The notes below the pieces were generated by a model. That model did no database searches, had not been told where the DNA came from, and saw only the letters and a list, made by a program, of their open reading frames with translations. Positions 1-14,000 of a DNA stretch of 64,000 nucleotides are shown piece after piece (the stretch's first letter is position 1; every line of letters begins with the position of its first letter). The position numbers and the translations under genes are program-made. This DNA is from the human T2T-CHM13v2.0 reference genome, Homo sapiens. Location of the stretch: assembly GCF_009914755.1 (NCBI RefSeq), contig NC_060930.1; one strand, 5' to 3'.

Positions 1-1241
1 ACTAAATTATAAAACCTCATAACTTTGTTGTTTTCCACCTTTCCCAGGTGAGAATCTCCCACATGCAAAGGTAGTGTCAAAAATCCATCCATCCCAAACC
101 ATGGGAATACCTATGCTTTCCTTAACTAAATCATTAGCAATAGAGATGAGATTATACTTATACCAATTAGATCCACTCCATAAAGCTAAGTAGAGAATTA
201 GCTTTCCCATAAGTCATATGAAAGCGAATACCACATGGGAAGGTAGATGCCTGAACTTTCCTCTTAAGAGGAAAGAAGCAAGGGATAAATCCTGAGAAGA
301 CAATCAACTGTGTCAACTATAGTCCACCCCTTTAGCTTCCTGATATCCGTACTCTTCTTGCTCATGCCTACATGAAATGTACTCAATGAAACTCCAGTTC
401 TCTGTGTAATGTACAGTCATCTTCATCAAGTGGTTTCTCATGTTCAAACAACACACGAAACCCAAGAGAGTTGTAATTAAAAATCAAAAAATTTGAGTAC
501 AATATAGGAGATCAGGAAAGGGCAGCATTTCTGCTGCAATTTGAAAAGCTAAATTGGAATGATCATGTTTCTAAAGGCACTGGAGAGACGCAAAAGCAAC
601 AATAATTAGATGAAATAAATTTCAAATAAGAAAGAAGTCCTTTCAAGGTAATCCAAGGGTCACTGGCCATTTTTTTTTTTCCTGGGAGCATTTGCCAACT
701 CTGACCCCAAAAAGAGGTGCTAGGCTCAGGTAAGGAGATGCCATAAGAGCTTTTGGCAGTTGCATCAAACCAGCCCAAAGAATTGGAAGTGAGAGAGGGC
801 CAAATGCAAAGCTGGCTTTCCTCATTAGTCATTGGCTGAATGCAGGGGTGGTGTAGAAGACTGCGGAGTCTGGCCAGAAAGACAGAGTAAAATCTTCCAC
901 AGTCTCAGAGTGCTGTGAAGATAATGTCCTGCTAGAGAGAAGGAGCCTAGAATAAGGAAACAACAGGTCTTCATTACAACATGTTTGTCAGATTTTGAAG
1001 CTACATCTAGCAGCAGAGGGTAAAAAACTAAGCTAAAACCTTGGAATGACAAAAAGTCTAAGGCTGAAGAGAGAAAGAATAGCTAGGCTCAATTCAAAGC
1101 CTAAAAGGACCACAGCCAAGGAATAGGGATTAACCAGAGCTGAACCAAGTTTTACTAAAACTGCAACCTAGTCCCAGCCCAGCTCAGATCCCCTTTTCAT
1201 TTAGGTAATCATAGGATGCTACACAGAAGAAAATGAAGACT

Positions 1242-1562
<321 letters not shown>

Positions 1563-1599
1563 AAGAAAATGAAGACCATTCCTGATTTTAAAAAATCAT

Positions 1600-2970
1600 A
1601 TGGAGCTGGTGTAGTTATTTTGTGTGTAAGCACACAACAACAAAGAGACAGGAAGGTATGATCAAAAATCAAGACAAAAATGAACAATAGAGGCAAACTT
1701 ACCAAAAATACAGGGTTTGGAATTAGAAGGGAAGGATATTCAAATACATAACATTATATTAAAGAAAGTAGAGGAAAAGATGAACAGAAATCAACAGAAA
1801 GTAGAGGAAAAGATGAATGGAAATCAACAGAGAATTGGAATCTATACAAAACAATCAAGTCAACATGATAAAACTGAAAAACTATCTTTAATTAAGAATC
1901 TTAATTTCTTAATTTCAGGTGGGTATCATAAAAGGCTGGAAACAAAAGAAGTCAAGTTAGAGACAAATAGAAAATATATACACTGAAGCACAGAGAAGAA
2001 AAAGAAGGCATGTTGAGGATATAATTTTAAAACACAATATATACGTAACCAAAGTCCTAGAAGAGGAAGAGCAAGAGACCAGAGAAGAAGCAATACATGG
2101 GGCAGAAGATATAATGGCCAAGAATATTCCAAAATTTATGAGAAGACATCAACGCACAGATTTTAAAATCTCAGAAACCCAAAGCAGGATAAATCAAAGG
2201 AAACACGCCTACCATCCTATAGTCAAACTACTGAAAAACCTGAGAAAAGTGACAGTCACAGGAAGAGAAGACACATTACCTTCAAAGGAGCAGCAATAAA
2301 ACTGATGGCTGACTTTTCAACAGAAACTGGAAACCAAAAGACAATAGAATGACATCTTTACAGTGCTGAAGGAAACGGCCAACCTTGAATTTTATACCCA
2401 GTAAAAATGTTATTTGCAAATTAAGGTGAAATATGGTTGGACATGATGGCTCATGCCTTGTAATCTGAGCACTTTGAGAGGCTGAGGCAGGAGGATTGCT
2501 TGAGGCTAGGAGTTTGAGACCAGCCTGGGCAATACTCCATCTCTCCAAAAATAGAACATAAACTTAGCAGGGCATGGTGGCATGTGCCTGTAGTCCCAAC
2601 TACTCAAGAGGCTGAGGTGGAAGATCACTTGAGTCCTGGAGTTCAAGGTTACAGTGAGCTATGATCCCACCACTGCACTGCAGCCTGGGTGACATGAGCA
2701 AGACCCTGACTAAGGAAAAAAAAAAAGAAAAGAAAAGAAAAGAAAGAAAATAAATTAAAAGTGAAATAAAGACACTTTACTGAAAAACAAAAGCTGAGAG
2801 AATTTATCATCAGCACACTGGCAGTATAAAAAATGCTAAAGGAAGTTCTTGGGTTGAAGAAAAATTGTCACAGACAGAAACATAAAACTGCAGCAGAGAA
2901 TTGAAGAGCACTAGAAAGGAGAAGAACTATCTGCTCAAGGCCAGCTTTGAAGGAATGGATCCTGGTGCAT
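1600..2970 (+). mobile_element. Old L1 (L1M-type) ORF1 region, degraded, interrupted by an AluJ
   Basis: A-rich sense strand with L1 ORF1 C-terminal-like segments (ctgatggctgacttttcaacagaaac, gacatctttacagtgctgaagg, aaagctgagagaatttatcatcagca). Borders approximate. Confidence 0.75.
2435..2750 (+). mobile_element. AluJ-type SINE
   Basis: Diverged dimeric Alu (gaggattgcttgagg, gttacagtgagctatgat) with a (GAAAA)n tail. Flanked by similar aaattaa..gtgaaata sequences. Confidence 0.88.
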
Positions 2971-3353
2971 AAGGCACAAGCTCTGTAATAAGTTTTGAAT
3001 TCAGGAAGTGTGGGTCCTTCAATTTTGTTTTTCTTTTTCAAGAACGCTTTGGTTATCCTGGATCCTTTGAATTTCCATATGAATTTGAGAACCAGTTTGT
3101 CAATTTCTACAAACAAGTCAGCTGGGATTAGGATACAAATCACTTTGAGTTGGTAGGTCAGTTTGGGAGGAGGTATTAGCATTTTAAAATATTAAATCTT
3201 CTGATCCATAAACACAGGATGTCATTCCATTTATTCAGGTCTTTTTCAACAACATTTTGTAGTTTCAATATATGTATTTTATTTCTTTTGTAAGTTTATT
3301 CCTAAGCATTTCATTCTTTTGCAGCTATTTAGATTTCAGAAAGTGTGAGTCCT

Positions 3354-3795
<442 letters not shown>

Positions 3796-4030
3796 AGAAA
3801 GTGTGAATCCTTCTAGTTTGTTCTTCTTTGTAACTGGAATTGTTTCTTTTCTTGCTCCTTATTTTTATGTACCAGTTGTATGTTTTTAGATTTGAGATTA
3901 CCATAGACTTGCAAATAATATCTTATAATCCATTATTTTAAACTGATGACAACACCGATTGCATAAACAAACAAGTAAAAAGAAAACTAATAAAAACTCT
4001 ATACTTCAACTTTGTCTCCCTTCTTTTTAC

Positions 4031-4330
<300 letters not shown>

Positions 4331-6605
4331 TAACTTTTTGTTGTTTTTATTTATATCTTATTGCACTATGTCTTGAAAAGTTGATGTAGTTATTTTTTCT
4401 GATCAGTTTATCTTATCATCTTTCTACTTAAAATATGAGTAATTTACACACCACAATTACAGTTTTATAATATTCTGTGTTTTTCTGTGTGCTATTACTA
4501 GTGAGTTCTGTACCTTCAGATGACATCTTATTGCTCATTAATGTTATTTTCTTTCAGATTAAAGAACTCCCTTTGGCATTATTTGTAGGACAGATCTGGT
4601 ATTGAGATCCCTCTGCTTTTGTTTGTCTGGGAAAGCCTTTACTTCTCCTTCGTGTCTGAAAGATATTTTCACTGGATATACTAATCTAGGGTAAAAGTTT
4701 TTTTCCTTAGGCACTTTCAATATGTTATGTCACTCTCTCCTGGCCTGTAAGGTTTTCAGTGAAAAGTCTGCTGCCAGATGTATTGGAGCTCCATTGTATG
4801 TTGTTTGTTTCTTATCCCTTGCTGCTTTTTGGAAACTTTCTTTATCCTTTACCTTCATGATTGAATTATTAGATGCCTTGAGGTCGTCTTCTTCGGGTTA
4901 AATCTGCTAGGTGGTCTAGAACCTTCTTTTACTTGGATATTAATATCTTTCTCTAGGTTTGGAAAGTCCTCCGTTATTATCACTTTGAATAAACGTTCTG
5001 CTCCTGTCTCTCTACCACCTCTTCAAGGCCAACAACACTTGGATTTGCCCTTTTAAGGCTATTTCCTATTTTTTTTTCCTTTCTTTTATGATGTCTTTGT
5101 TTGGTTTTGGTATCTGGGTAATACTGACCTCAAAGAATACCTTGGTAACTGTTCCCTCCTATTCTTTTTCTTTAAAAAAAAAAATAATTTGTATTAACTC
5201 TATTTTAAATGTTTGGAGAATTAAAAAGTGAAGGCTTTTGGGCCTAGGCCATTTTCGTGGGAAGTTTTCAAACTGCTAATTCAACCTCTTCATTTTCACG
5301 GGTCTATTTAGGTTATCTATTTCTTCTTGATTCAGTTTTAGTAGTTTGAGTTTCCTAGAAACATGTTCATTTCGTCTAAGTTTTTTGAATTTATTAGCAT
5401 ATAAATGTTTATAGTATTCCCTTATAATCCTTCTTATGTCTGTGAGGTCAATAGAATTGTCATCTTTTTTATTCCTGATGTTAGTAATTTGAGTCTTCTT
5501 TTTCTTGGTCAGTCTAGCTAATTGTCAATTTTGATGATCTTTTCACAGAAACAACTTTTGGTTTTGTTCACTTTCTCTGTTGTTTTTCTTCTGGTTCGTT
5601 AATAGCCGACCTAATCTCTATTACTTTCTTCCTTTTGCTTGTTTTAGATTGAATTTACTCTCCTTTTTTCAGTGTCTTAAGGTGGAAAACTAGGCTAGTG
5701 ATTTAAAATCTTTCTTCTTTTTTAACAGAGGTATTAACAGCTATTGAATACCCTCTAGACACCGCGTTAGCTGCATCCCGTAAGTTTCAACATCTTATAT
5801 CTTCATTTTCACTCGCCTCTAAGTGTTTTGTAATTTCCCCTGTGATTTCTTTATTGATGTATTGGTTACATAGGGATGTGTTTTTAATTTCCACATATTT
5901 GTAAATTTCCCAAACTTTCTGTTATTGAGTTCTAGTTTCATTCTATTGTAGTCAGAGAACATACTTTATAGGATTTTAGTTTTTTAAAAAAATTTCTTGA
6001 GGCTTGTTTTACTGCCTGGCATATGGTCTCTTATGGCAAATGTTCCATGTGCATTCGAGAAGAACGTGTATCTTGCTCTTGGGTGAAATGTGTATTTCAA
6101 AGACCTAGTTGATTTATGGTGTTGCTCAAGTCTTCTACTTCCTTGCTTCTTCTACTTCCTTCTGCTTTGTTGTTCTAGCCATTACTGAAAGTGGGATATT
6201 GAAGTCTCCAACTATTATTGTTGAATTGTCTATTTTTCCTTTCATTTCTGTTTTTGCTTCATGTTTTTAGGAGGCTCTATTATTAGGTACATATGTGTTT
6301 ATAATTATTACATTTTTCTGATAAATTTGATCAATTTAAATGTTTGTATTTGCCTTTAGTAACATTTTTTGTTTTACAGTGTCTGATATCAGCAGAGCTG
6401 CCACTTCTTTCTTATGGTTACTGTTCGCATGATAAATGTTTTTTCATCTTTTTACTTTTTACTTATTTGTATTGTTAGTTCTAAAGTGTGTCTCCTACAC
6501 ACAGCTTATAGTTAGGTCTTATTTTTTTATTCAGTCTGAAAATATCAACCTTTTTGTTGGATTGTTTAATCCATTTACATTTAATGTTATTTTTTAAAGT
6601 TGGAC

Positions 6606-6715
6606 AAATGGGTGCAGCACACCAACATGGCGCATGTATACATATGTAACAAACCTGCACGTGGTGCACATGTACCCTAGAACTTAAAGTATAATTAAAA
6701 AAACAAATAAATAAA
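6606..6715 (+). mobile_element. Extremely 5'-truncated primate L1PA 3' end
   Basis: GGGTGCAGCACACCAACATGG...CACATGTACCCTAGAACTTAAAGTATAAT plus A-rich tail. TSD TAAAGTTGGAC at 6595-6605 and 6716-6726. Confidence 0.9.
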
Positions 6716-9700
6716 TAAAGTTGGACTTATGTCTGTCATTTTGCTCTTTGTTTTCTACATATCACATATCTCATGTCTTTTTTGTTCATCTATTTCTCCT
6801 TTACTGCTTCTTTTGCATTAAGTAAATATTTTCTTGTGTAATATTTTAATTGCTTTAATAATTTTTCACTGTATTTCTGAGTTATTTTCTTAGTGGCTTT
6901 TACATGGTTTATCATATACACCTTAACTTAGAATCAACTTCAGATTTATAGTAACTTAATTTCAATAAGATATAGAAGTGTTGCTTCTACATAGCTCTAT
7001 ACCTTTCCATCCTTTTTTATGCTATTATATATATATATAACAATAATAGCACATATACATATATATATATAACAAACCCAATGGTACAGTTATACTTATT
7101 GCATTACATAATTTTATGTCTTTTAAAGAAGAGAAGAAAGGAGAACAAGTTTATAATTATGAAGTTTGTTACATTAACCTTATTATTTACCATTTATAGC
7201 CCTCTTCATTTGTTCCTGTACATTCCAGTTGCCATCTGGTGTTATTGTCTTACACAAATACAGCTTTGTTCACATTCACATCCTTGATACTGTTCTTGTC
7301 AAATATATTACATTTCTATATGTTTTGGCTCAACAATACAATTAAATACATATTGTTTTATACCACTGCTTTTCAAATAGGTTAAGAGAAGAAAGAATAA
7401 ATATCCATTTATTTTATAATTACATCCACGTCTTTTATAATTACATGCTTACCTTTACTGATGCCCTTTGTTTTTTATGTAAACTCAAAATTCCATCTGG
7501 GGTCACTTGTCAACCTGAAAATTTTTCCCTTGAGTATTCTTGTGAGATAGGTCTTCCAGCAATAAAATCTCTTAGTTTTTGTTTATCTGGGAATATTTTT
7601 ATTATACCCTCTTTTTTGAAGGATTGATTTTCTGGATATAAGATTCTTGGTTGGATTTTTTCTTTTAGCACTTTGAATATGGAATCCCATTGCCTTCTGG
7701 ATGGCACTATTTCTGATGAGAAGTCAACTGTTAATGTTTTGGAGGGTTAACATTTTTAATATGATGTGTCTGGGCATGGATTTGTTTGCATTAATCCTAC
7801 TTGGAGTTTGTTGGGGTTCTTGGATATGTATATTAATTTTTTATCAAATGTGATACATTTCAGCCATTACTTATTCAAATATTTTTTCTGCTCTTTCCTC
7901 TCCCTCTTCTTCTTATATAATCATCATGTATATCTGTACACTTTATGGTGTCCCACATTTCTTTGAGGTTTTGTTCATTTTTCTTCATTTTTTATCTCTC
8001 TGTTTTTTATTTCACAGTCTCTATTAATATATCTTCATGTTTGCTGATTCTTTTTTTCTGGCAGTTCAAACCTTCTGTTGAACTCCTCTAGTGAATTTTC
8101 TACTTTGGTTATTATACTTTTCAACTCCAGAATTTCCATTCGAATCTTTTTAATCATTTCTGTCTCTTTATTGATATTCTCTATTTAATGAGACAGCATC
8201 ATCATCTCTTCTCTTACTTCCTTAAGCATGGTTGCCTTCAGTTTTTTGGATATATTTGTGATGATTATCTTTGTTAAGTCTTGTGTTTGGGCCCTCTGAC
8301 AGTTTGTGTTATCTGCTTTTACCTCCCATGTATGAGTTTCCCTGTCATGTTTATTTGTGTGCCTCATGATTTTTTGTCGAAAATTTGACATTTTAGATAA
8401 TATACTATAGCCACTCAGAATACTGATTTTCCCTGAAGCCCCTGTCTCTGGAGATTGTTGTTCTTTGTTGTTTATCTGTTTAGTAATTTGACTGGCCCAT
8501 CTGGGTGAAGTCCACTTTTCCTGCAGTGTAAAGGCACTGATGTTGCTCCTTAGAAAGCACAGCCTTGAGCACGTACATAGTCATCATGGGATAACAGTGG
8601 TTTTAGCAGGATTCTCTTTCACTGTTTGTTTACCTGATCTGTCTGTAAGCTGTCTATCTCTATGTCTCTTGATATCTCATCCAGCTATTAGACTCTACTA
8701 ATTGCCTGTTGGTTGCTCTATTGTTTGTGATAGTGTCCTGGTGCATACATTGCTCCACGGTCTCAGTCAATCAAGTTCAAGCCCCTTTGCAAGGATAGTT
8801 TTTGAGCTAGCTTTGAGATTTTTTGTTTTTGTTTTTGAGCCTCAAGAAGGCCCTTCTTAGATGTCTCTTTCCATGGTTATTTTTTTATAATCTAGCTGAT
8901 CCACAGTTTCACTTGTTGCTCTCATGGAGCTTCCAGCCTCTTCTTCAGTGCTTACCACCAGAATGTCTATTGTTTTTGAGAGCTCCCTTAGGCGTGAACT
9001 TCCCCCACATTCTGTTCTAAATAAAGTCAGCTCATTTACGGAAAGCTTCAGAGGTCTCTGTTCTTAAGGCCCACTTTCTGCCAGGCAAAAATCTCTCCCC
9101 ACTGCTGAGCAACACCCCATCTTTAAGAGCAGCATCCTGGGCAGGGAAAGTAGCCTCTCTGATCTTTTTGCCTTGCCCCTCCCAGCATGGAACTTCTACC
9201 CAATGAGTGAGCTGGGCAAAAGCAACTGGGGTCACAGTATTCCTAGCCTGCCACATCTGGGGTAGAGCTTCCACTCTATGAAAAAGAGCTGAATGGAGGA
9301 AGGGAGCCCCTGACCTCAGCCACACTCACATGGAATTTAACCTATTCAACACAGAACTTGGGAAGATGTGAAATGCTGGTGGCCTGCCCCTTCTGAATAG
9401 GTACAGTAGCCCCTGACTGAGAGCTGGTGGGAGAGGAAGCCCCATGTCTTGAGCACACACACCTGGAGTGTGACTGCCATCATGATGAGCTGGTGGGGAG
9501 AGCAGGTTGCGGCTTAAGTTCCACAGACCCTTGCTCTTCTTACAGAGATTTAATAGAGTTTCTTGAAAAAACTATTTGTTAATTCATTTAATGCTCTTAA
9601 GACAACATCCACAAGTTTTAAATGGTTGAGCTTTAACAAAATAATTCTAATTAGCTATGGTTGTTTGGCTAGGGAACATGTCCGTGGAACTCCTCACACC

Positions 9701-9909
9701 ACCATTCCAGAAGTGAGTTCATCATATGTGCTTATTTACGCAAAATCATGCTTAGGGGAGAATATTTAAGAAATTGTTAATGGAAGGATGGAGGGGGAGA
9801 TAAAATTACTTTCATTTAAAACCAATCTGTATTGGAATATGTTTTTCCTTTTAAAAATAAAAAAATAAGCAATTTCAAAGCTAGATCATAAAATATCATG
9901 CAGATTCTG

Positions 9910-10241
9910 CCCTGTCTGATGAAGACTTGCTGTAGGAATCCTCAGCTCTCTTGTGAGATGTCTGGCTATCCTGAGCCTGCCATACTATAAGGAAGCCTAA
10001 GCCACATGGAGAAACCCAGCTAAGCCAAGCCATCAAGTCATCTCAGCCCACATGCCAGCCCCAAACATTTAAATCGTCCCCAGCTGTTCAGCTAAGGACC
10101 AGACATTGTGCAACAGATACAAGCTGTCCTTGCCAAGTCCCAACCAAAATCTGACCCACAGAACCTGTCAGACAAAGAGAATGACTGTTTTAGGCCCTGC
10201 AGTTTGGGGTGGCTTATTACACAGCAAAAGATAACTGGAAC
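9910..10241 (+). mobile_element. MLT1-type (MaLR) LTR fragment
   Basis: Typical MLT1 3' end (gtttggggtggcttattacacagcaaaagataactggaac) and internal gaagcctaagccacatggag. Confidence 0.7.
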
Positions 10242-10849
10242 TGGGGGTAACATTCAGAATGTGTTCCAGTGATAGTTCTGTTCTCAGATTTGCTTCCTTC
10301 TCTTATACCTCCTGATCAGCAGGTGGAAATTAAAAGAGCATTGTGAGATGCTGGAGAGATCCAGAACCACTTGCCATCAACGGCTGGGGAATCCTAGCCA
10401 GTGAGCTCGCAGGAGTTAGAGCAGCTTTTTCAGTTAGAGCAGTTAGAGCCTCTGGCCAGGCCCCTCGATTCCGTACAGATGCCAGTTCCTACAGTTGTCG
10501 ATGCTAAAAAGGAAGGGATACAATGAGGTAGGGGGTTGAAGTGTTGCACAAGGTAGAGTTTACTTGGTTGCATTCACCACAGTCCAGAGATCTGGTGCCT
10601 TCTCTTATTCAGGGTGGTCAGTACTGAAGCCAAATTATAATAGGGAAGTTGTTTGGTGAGCAAAGAATCAAAGGGAGGGGTATTCACAAAAATGCAAATA
10701 TTGAACGGGGATTAGATTCAAATAGGCTGGCAGATCCAGCTGCACAAAGAGGCACAGGTGAGCAGAGCAGGAGCAGGCATCCGTGTGCTGCCCTTTCTCA
10801 TGGTCTGCTTTCTGATTGAGGATCATCCGCAGATGTGTTCATAGCCTCC

Positions 10850-11066
10850 CCAGGTTCACAGGGCTTCCCGTCACCAATTGTCATGTGGAATGCAGGTACA
10901 GTATTGCCAGATGGTCTGACTTTTGAAACAGAAGCTAGAGATCCAGACTTTAAATATTCCTGATTTTTAAAATAATGATTCAGAATGTTTGGAAACACTA
11001 TGTGGATCCAACAAAACACATTTGCAGAATGAATCCAACCTGTGAGCTGCCAGGTTGCAACCTCTG
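10850..11066. mobile_element. hAT-Charlie-type DNA transposon fragment (MER103-like)
   Basis: Resembles recalled consensus segments (ttgccagat...agaagctagagatccagac; caaaacacatttgcag...gctgccaggttgcaacctctg). Family assignment is tentative. Confidence 0.45.
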
Positions 11067-14000
11067 GGTGAAAAGTCGGGTCTCCTCATCATGTGTGGGC
11101 ATGGCCAGGCCTGCTCACGGAAAGCCCCTAGCAGGCATCAGAGGGAAACTCCTGGGCCCAGAGAAAGGGAGGCAGCCCAGCAATCACTCTGCATAAACCT
11201 CAGCGCCCCTCACGCCAGCCTTGGGGGACATGCCTCACCAAGGAGAAGCGTTGCCTTCTATGGTTGTCTCTGCTGTTTCTGGGGCTGATGTGGCTAGAAA
11301 TATAAAAGGCAGTGAGCACACGGTTCAACATTCCCCCACACTGGCAGTCGACCCACGCCGTGCAGCCTGCCAAGAGCAGGGAGCTTGGGCACAGAGCTGA
11401 GAAACTCACAGGGACAAGGGGAGCCACAGCTGCCATCCACACCCCATCTCCTTTATATTCTTTGCACTGCTGTTTCCTACTTCAAGGGCAAACAACTTAA
11501 AGCAAGATTGCACCAACTAGGCCCAGTTCTTGCCCATCTGCAATCCTGGGCCAGACTTGACGGCCTGGAACAGGAACGGGCAACTTTGAATAATCCTCAC
11601 TCAGCGATTTCTCTCCCACCCCAGGTTTCCCAGCTTGCACAATTGCCCCCAAGGCATCCACTCTCAGCTGAATGAGCTCCAGGCCTTGCACCCACAATGG
11701 GCCCCATCCGGACCAGCAGCCTTGGCAAATGACCCAGGCGGTATCCTTTCCCCATATAATGACCTGATGGCCACAGCTCTGATTTTCCAGAACAGTTTAA
11801 ATTATGAATGGTGAGTTCCTTTATCAGATCATGATCAGATTTTTTGGCTCTGAAAATTTCTTCGATGGCCCTAGAAAGGCAGTTCCCACAGGGGAAAGGC
11901 ACGGTCCCTGACTCAACCTTTGTGAACCCTGTGTCCCTGAGCTCCACGCTCACCCTCCTGGAGTCTCAGCTTTCTCATCTGTGAAAAAAACAGCAGAGCC
12001 TTCTCAGCCTTGCATCTTCTAAGTGTCTGGAGAATGCAGGGAGGGCTGCCTTGGCGTTTGCTCACTAGGTCTCTCCTTCCCGCGCCTTGAAGTGTTAATC
12101 ACTGTCCCAGCTAGCAACTCAATAAACCTGAGCTCCCTTCCTCCTAATCCCCCGCACTGATTTTATCTTCACACAACCCCCCTCCACCCCCCAACAAGGG
12201 CAGAGTTCTGTTAAGGCCCTGGGCTTGCCCTGTGGTGTCAGGGCCATGACCACCCACCCACACAGGAGCCTGGAGCCTTCCCCCAGTGCCTGCCCTGGCC
12301 AGGCCTCCTCTGTAGGTGTGGGTAGGCCTGGGAACCCCGGCCCTGAACAGCCTCAGAGGGCTTCGGTGTTGGAGTGAGCTGGGACCATAAAACTCACAAG
12401 CTCCAAGTTCCCAGGCTCTTTGTCAGCCCACAGAGCCCTGTCACCTCACAGCTAATGCAGGCAGTGGCCAGCGATCCCCTGGGAGCGGTTTAAAAGCGCA
12501 AGTCTGGTTTTTAGAAAAAGCAGCTGAGGTTATAGTAAGCAGCTGACAGTTCCCCCACAGCTTCAAGCTGTAAGCAGCAAAGTGAAAGAGGGGAAGGAGC
12601 GTCCTGAGTGGCGTTCTCATAGGAGAGTCATGTCCACCTGGGAAGCAGGGAGATTTGGGCAATCATCCCACTCTTCCAGGAAGACAGCCAAAACCCCCAC
12701 TGCCCCACAGCCTCCCCACGCCAGAAGCCAGCCCCACTCCAGCCTCAGCCCAGGCGTAACACTGACTCCCCCACGGGCCACAGAGGCTGTGGTCTCAGGG
12801 CTTCAGACTGCATTTGCTCCTGTTCACAAAGAAAAGGATTCCAGTAACACCAGAAGTTCTCTCTCCAAAACCGGCGGACCCGGAAGCCCTATTTTGAAAC
12901 GTTTCTTCACACCCAGACCTCAGCCAAAGCAGGAAAGACGGCACTCAGTGGGGAATGAAAGGCTGGCCTTGTTCTGATGGGAAAGCAGCACTGTGGCTCC
13001 CCACAATCCGAAAATGCAGTTTTGATGATTAAAGTGCACATTTCAACAGGCTTTGTGACAGACACTCCTGGCGGCAAGGTCTGGGAAAAGGAGGCTGCCA
13101 GTAAACCCCCTGCTAGCCTTGTTTTCTCTGAACTTCTGGCCCCAGTGGGAAAGGAAATTAAAACTTCATTTTTAATTTTTAGTTATGACCCATTGTGCTG
13201 CAGGGTCATGGCCGGGGGTTTAGAACACCTAGCCTCGAAAAGGGTCTGAGACACTGTCTTTGAGGTCAGTTCACAAGCCCAGAAGCACCCGAGGCACAGC
13301 TGGCGGGGTCGGGGGGCGCAGAATGTTTGCATAGGACAGAGACCTCTGCAGAGATCCCATAAACATCCCTGAGACCGGGAATGCACTTACATTTGCAATT
13401 GACCTAATGGTGCCTACAGGACTTTCTCACTTGTTCTCACAACCCAGCTTGATGGACTTCGGCTCTCAAATTCTATCATGCTATTTTACTACGTATTTCT
13501 TAGAGGTCAGTTTATGAAATAACATGCAGAACAACTAGTCCTGGCAATAATGAAAGAGGAGGAGTTGGAAAAAGACACAGCCAGGGCCCACACTCCAGCA
13601 TTGCTCAGTGGATAACCTAACTTAATGGGTACGTTAACTCCCAGGAAGTTAAGACAAAGCTCTTTAGGAAAGACCACCTAGTGTCTCTTCTTGACTTCAC
13701 GGAGGAAGTCTAGAAAATACTAGTGACCATGGGAAAGCAAACAGACCCAAAATGGTCGTGTTTGGCCTTCAGGGAATTTTGTTGGTTCTTTGAAAAAGGT
13801 GAATTAGTCGCCACCATTGAAAGTCCCGGTTTCCTGCTCCTCTCCGTGGATTGGAAAATGAGGCTTCGTGAGGCCCACCGTCCCGTGTGGCATCATCTGT
13901 GGGGCTGACAGCACCTGCCCCCTAGGTCGGTTGTCCCACTCCCACTCAGCACAGCCGCCACGCCAGGCTGCTGGGAGTGTCTGAGCTTCAGAACCCTGTT

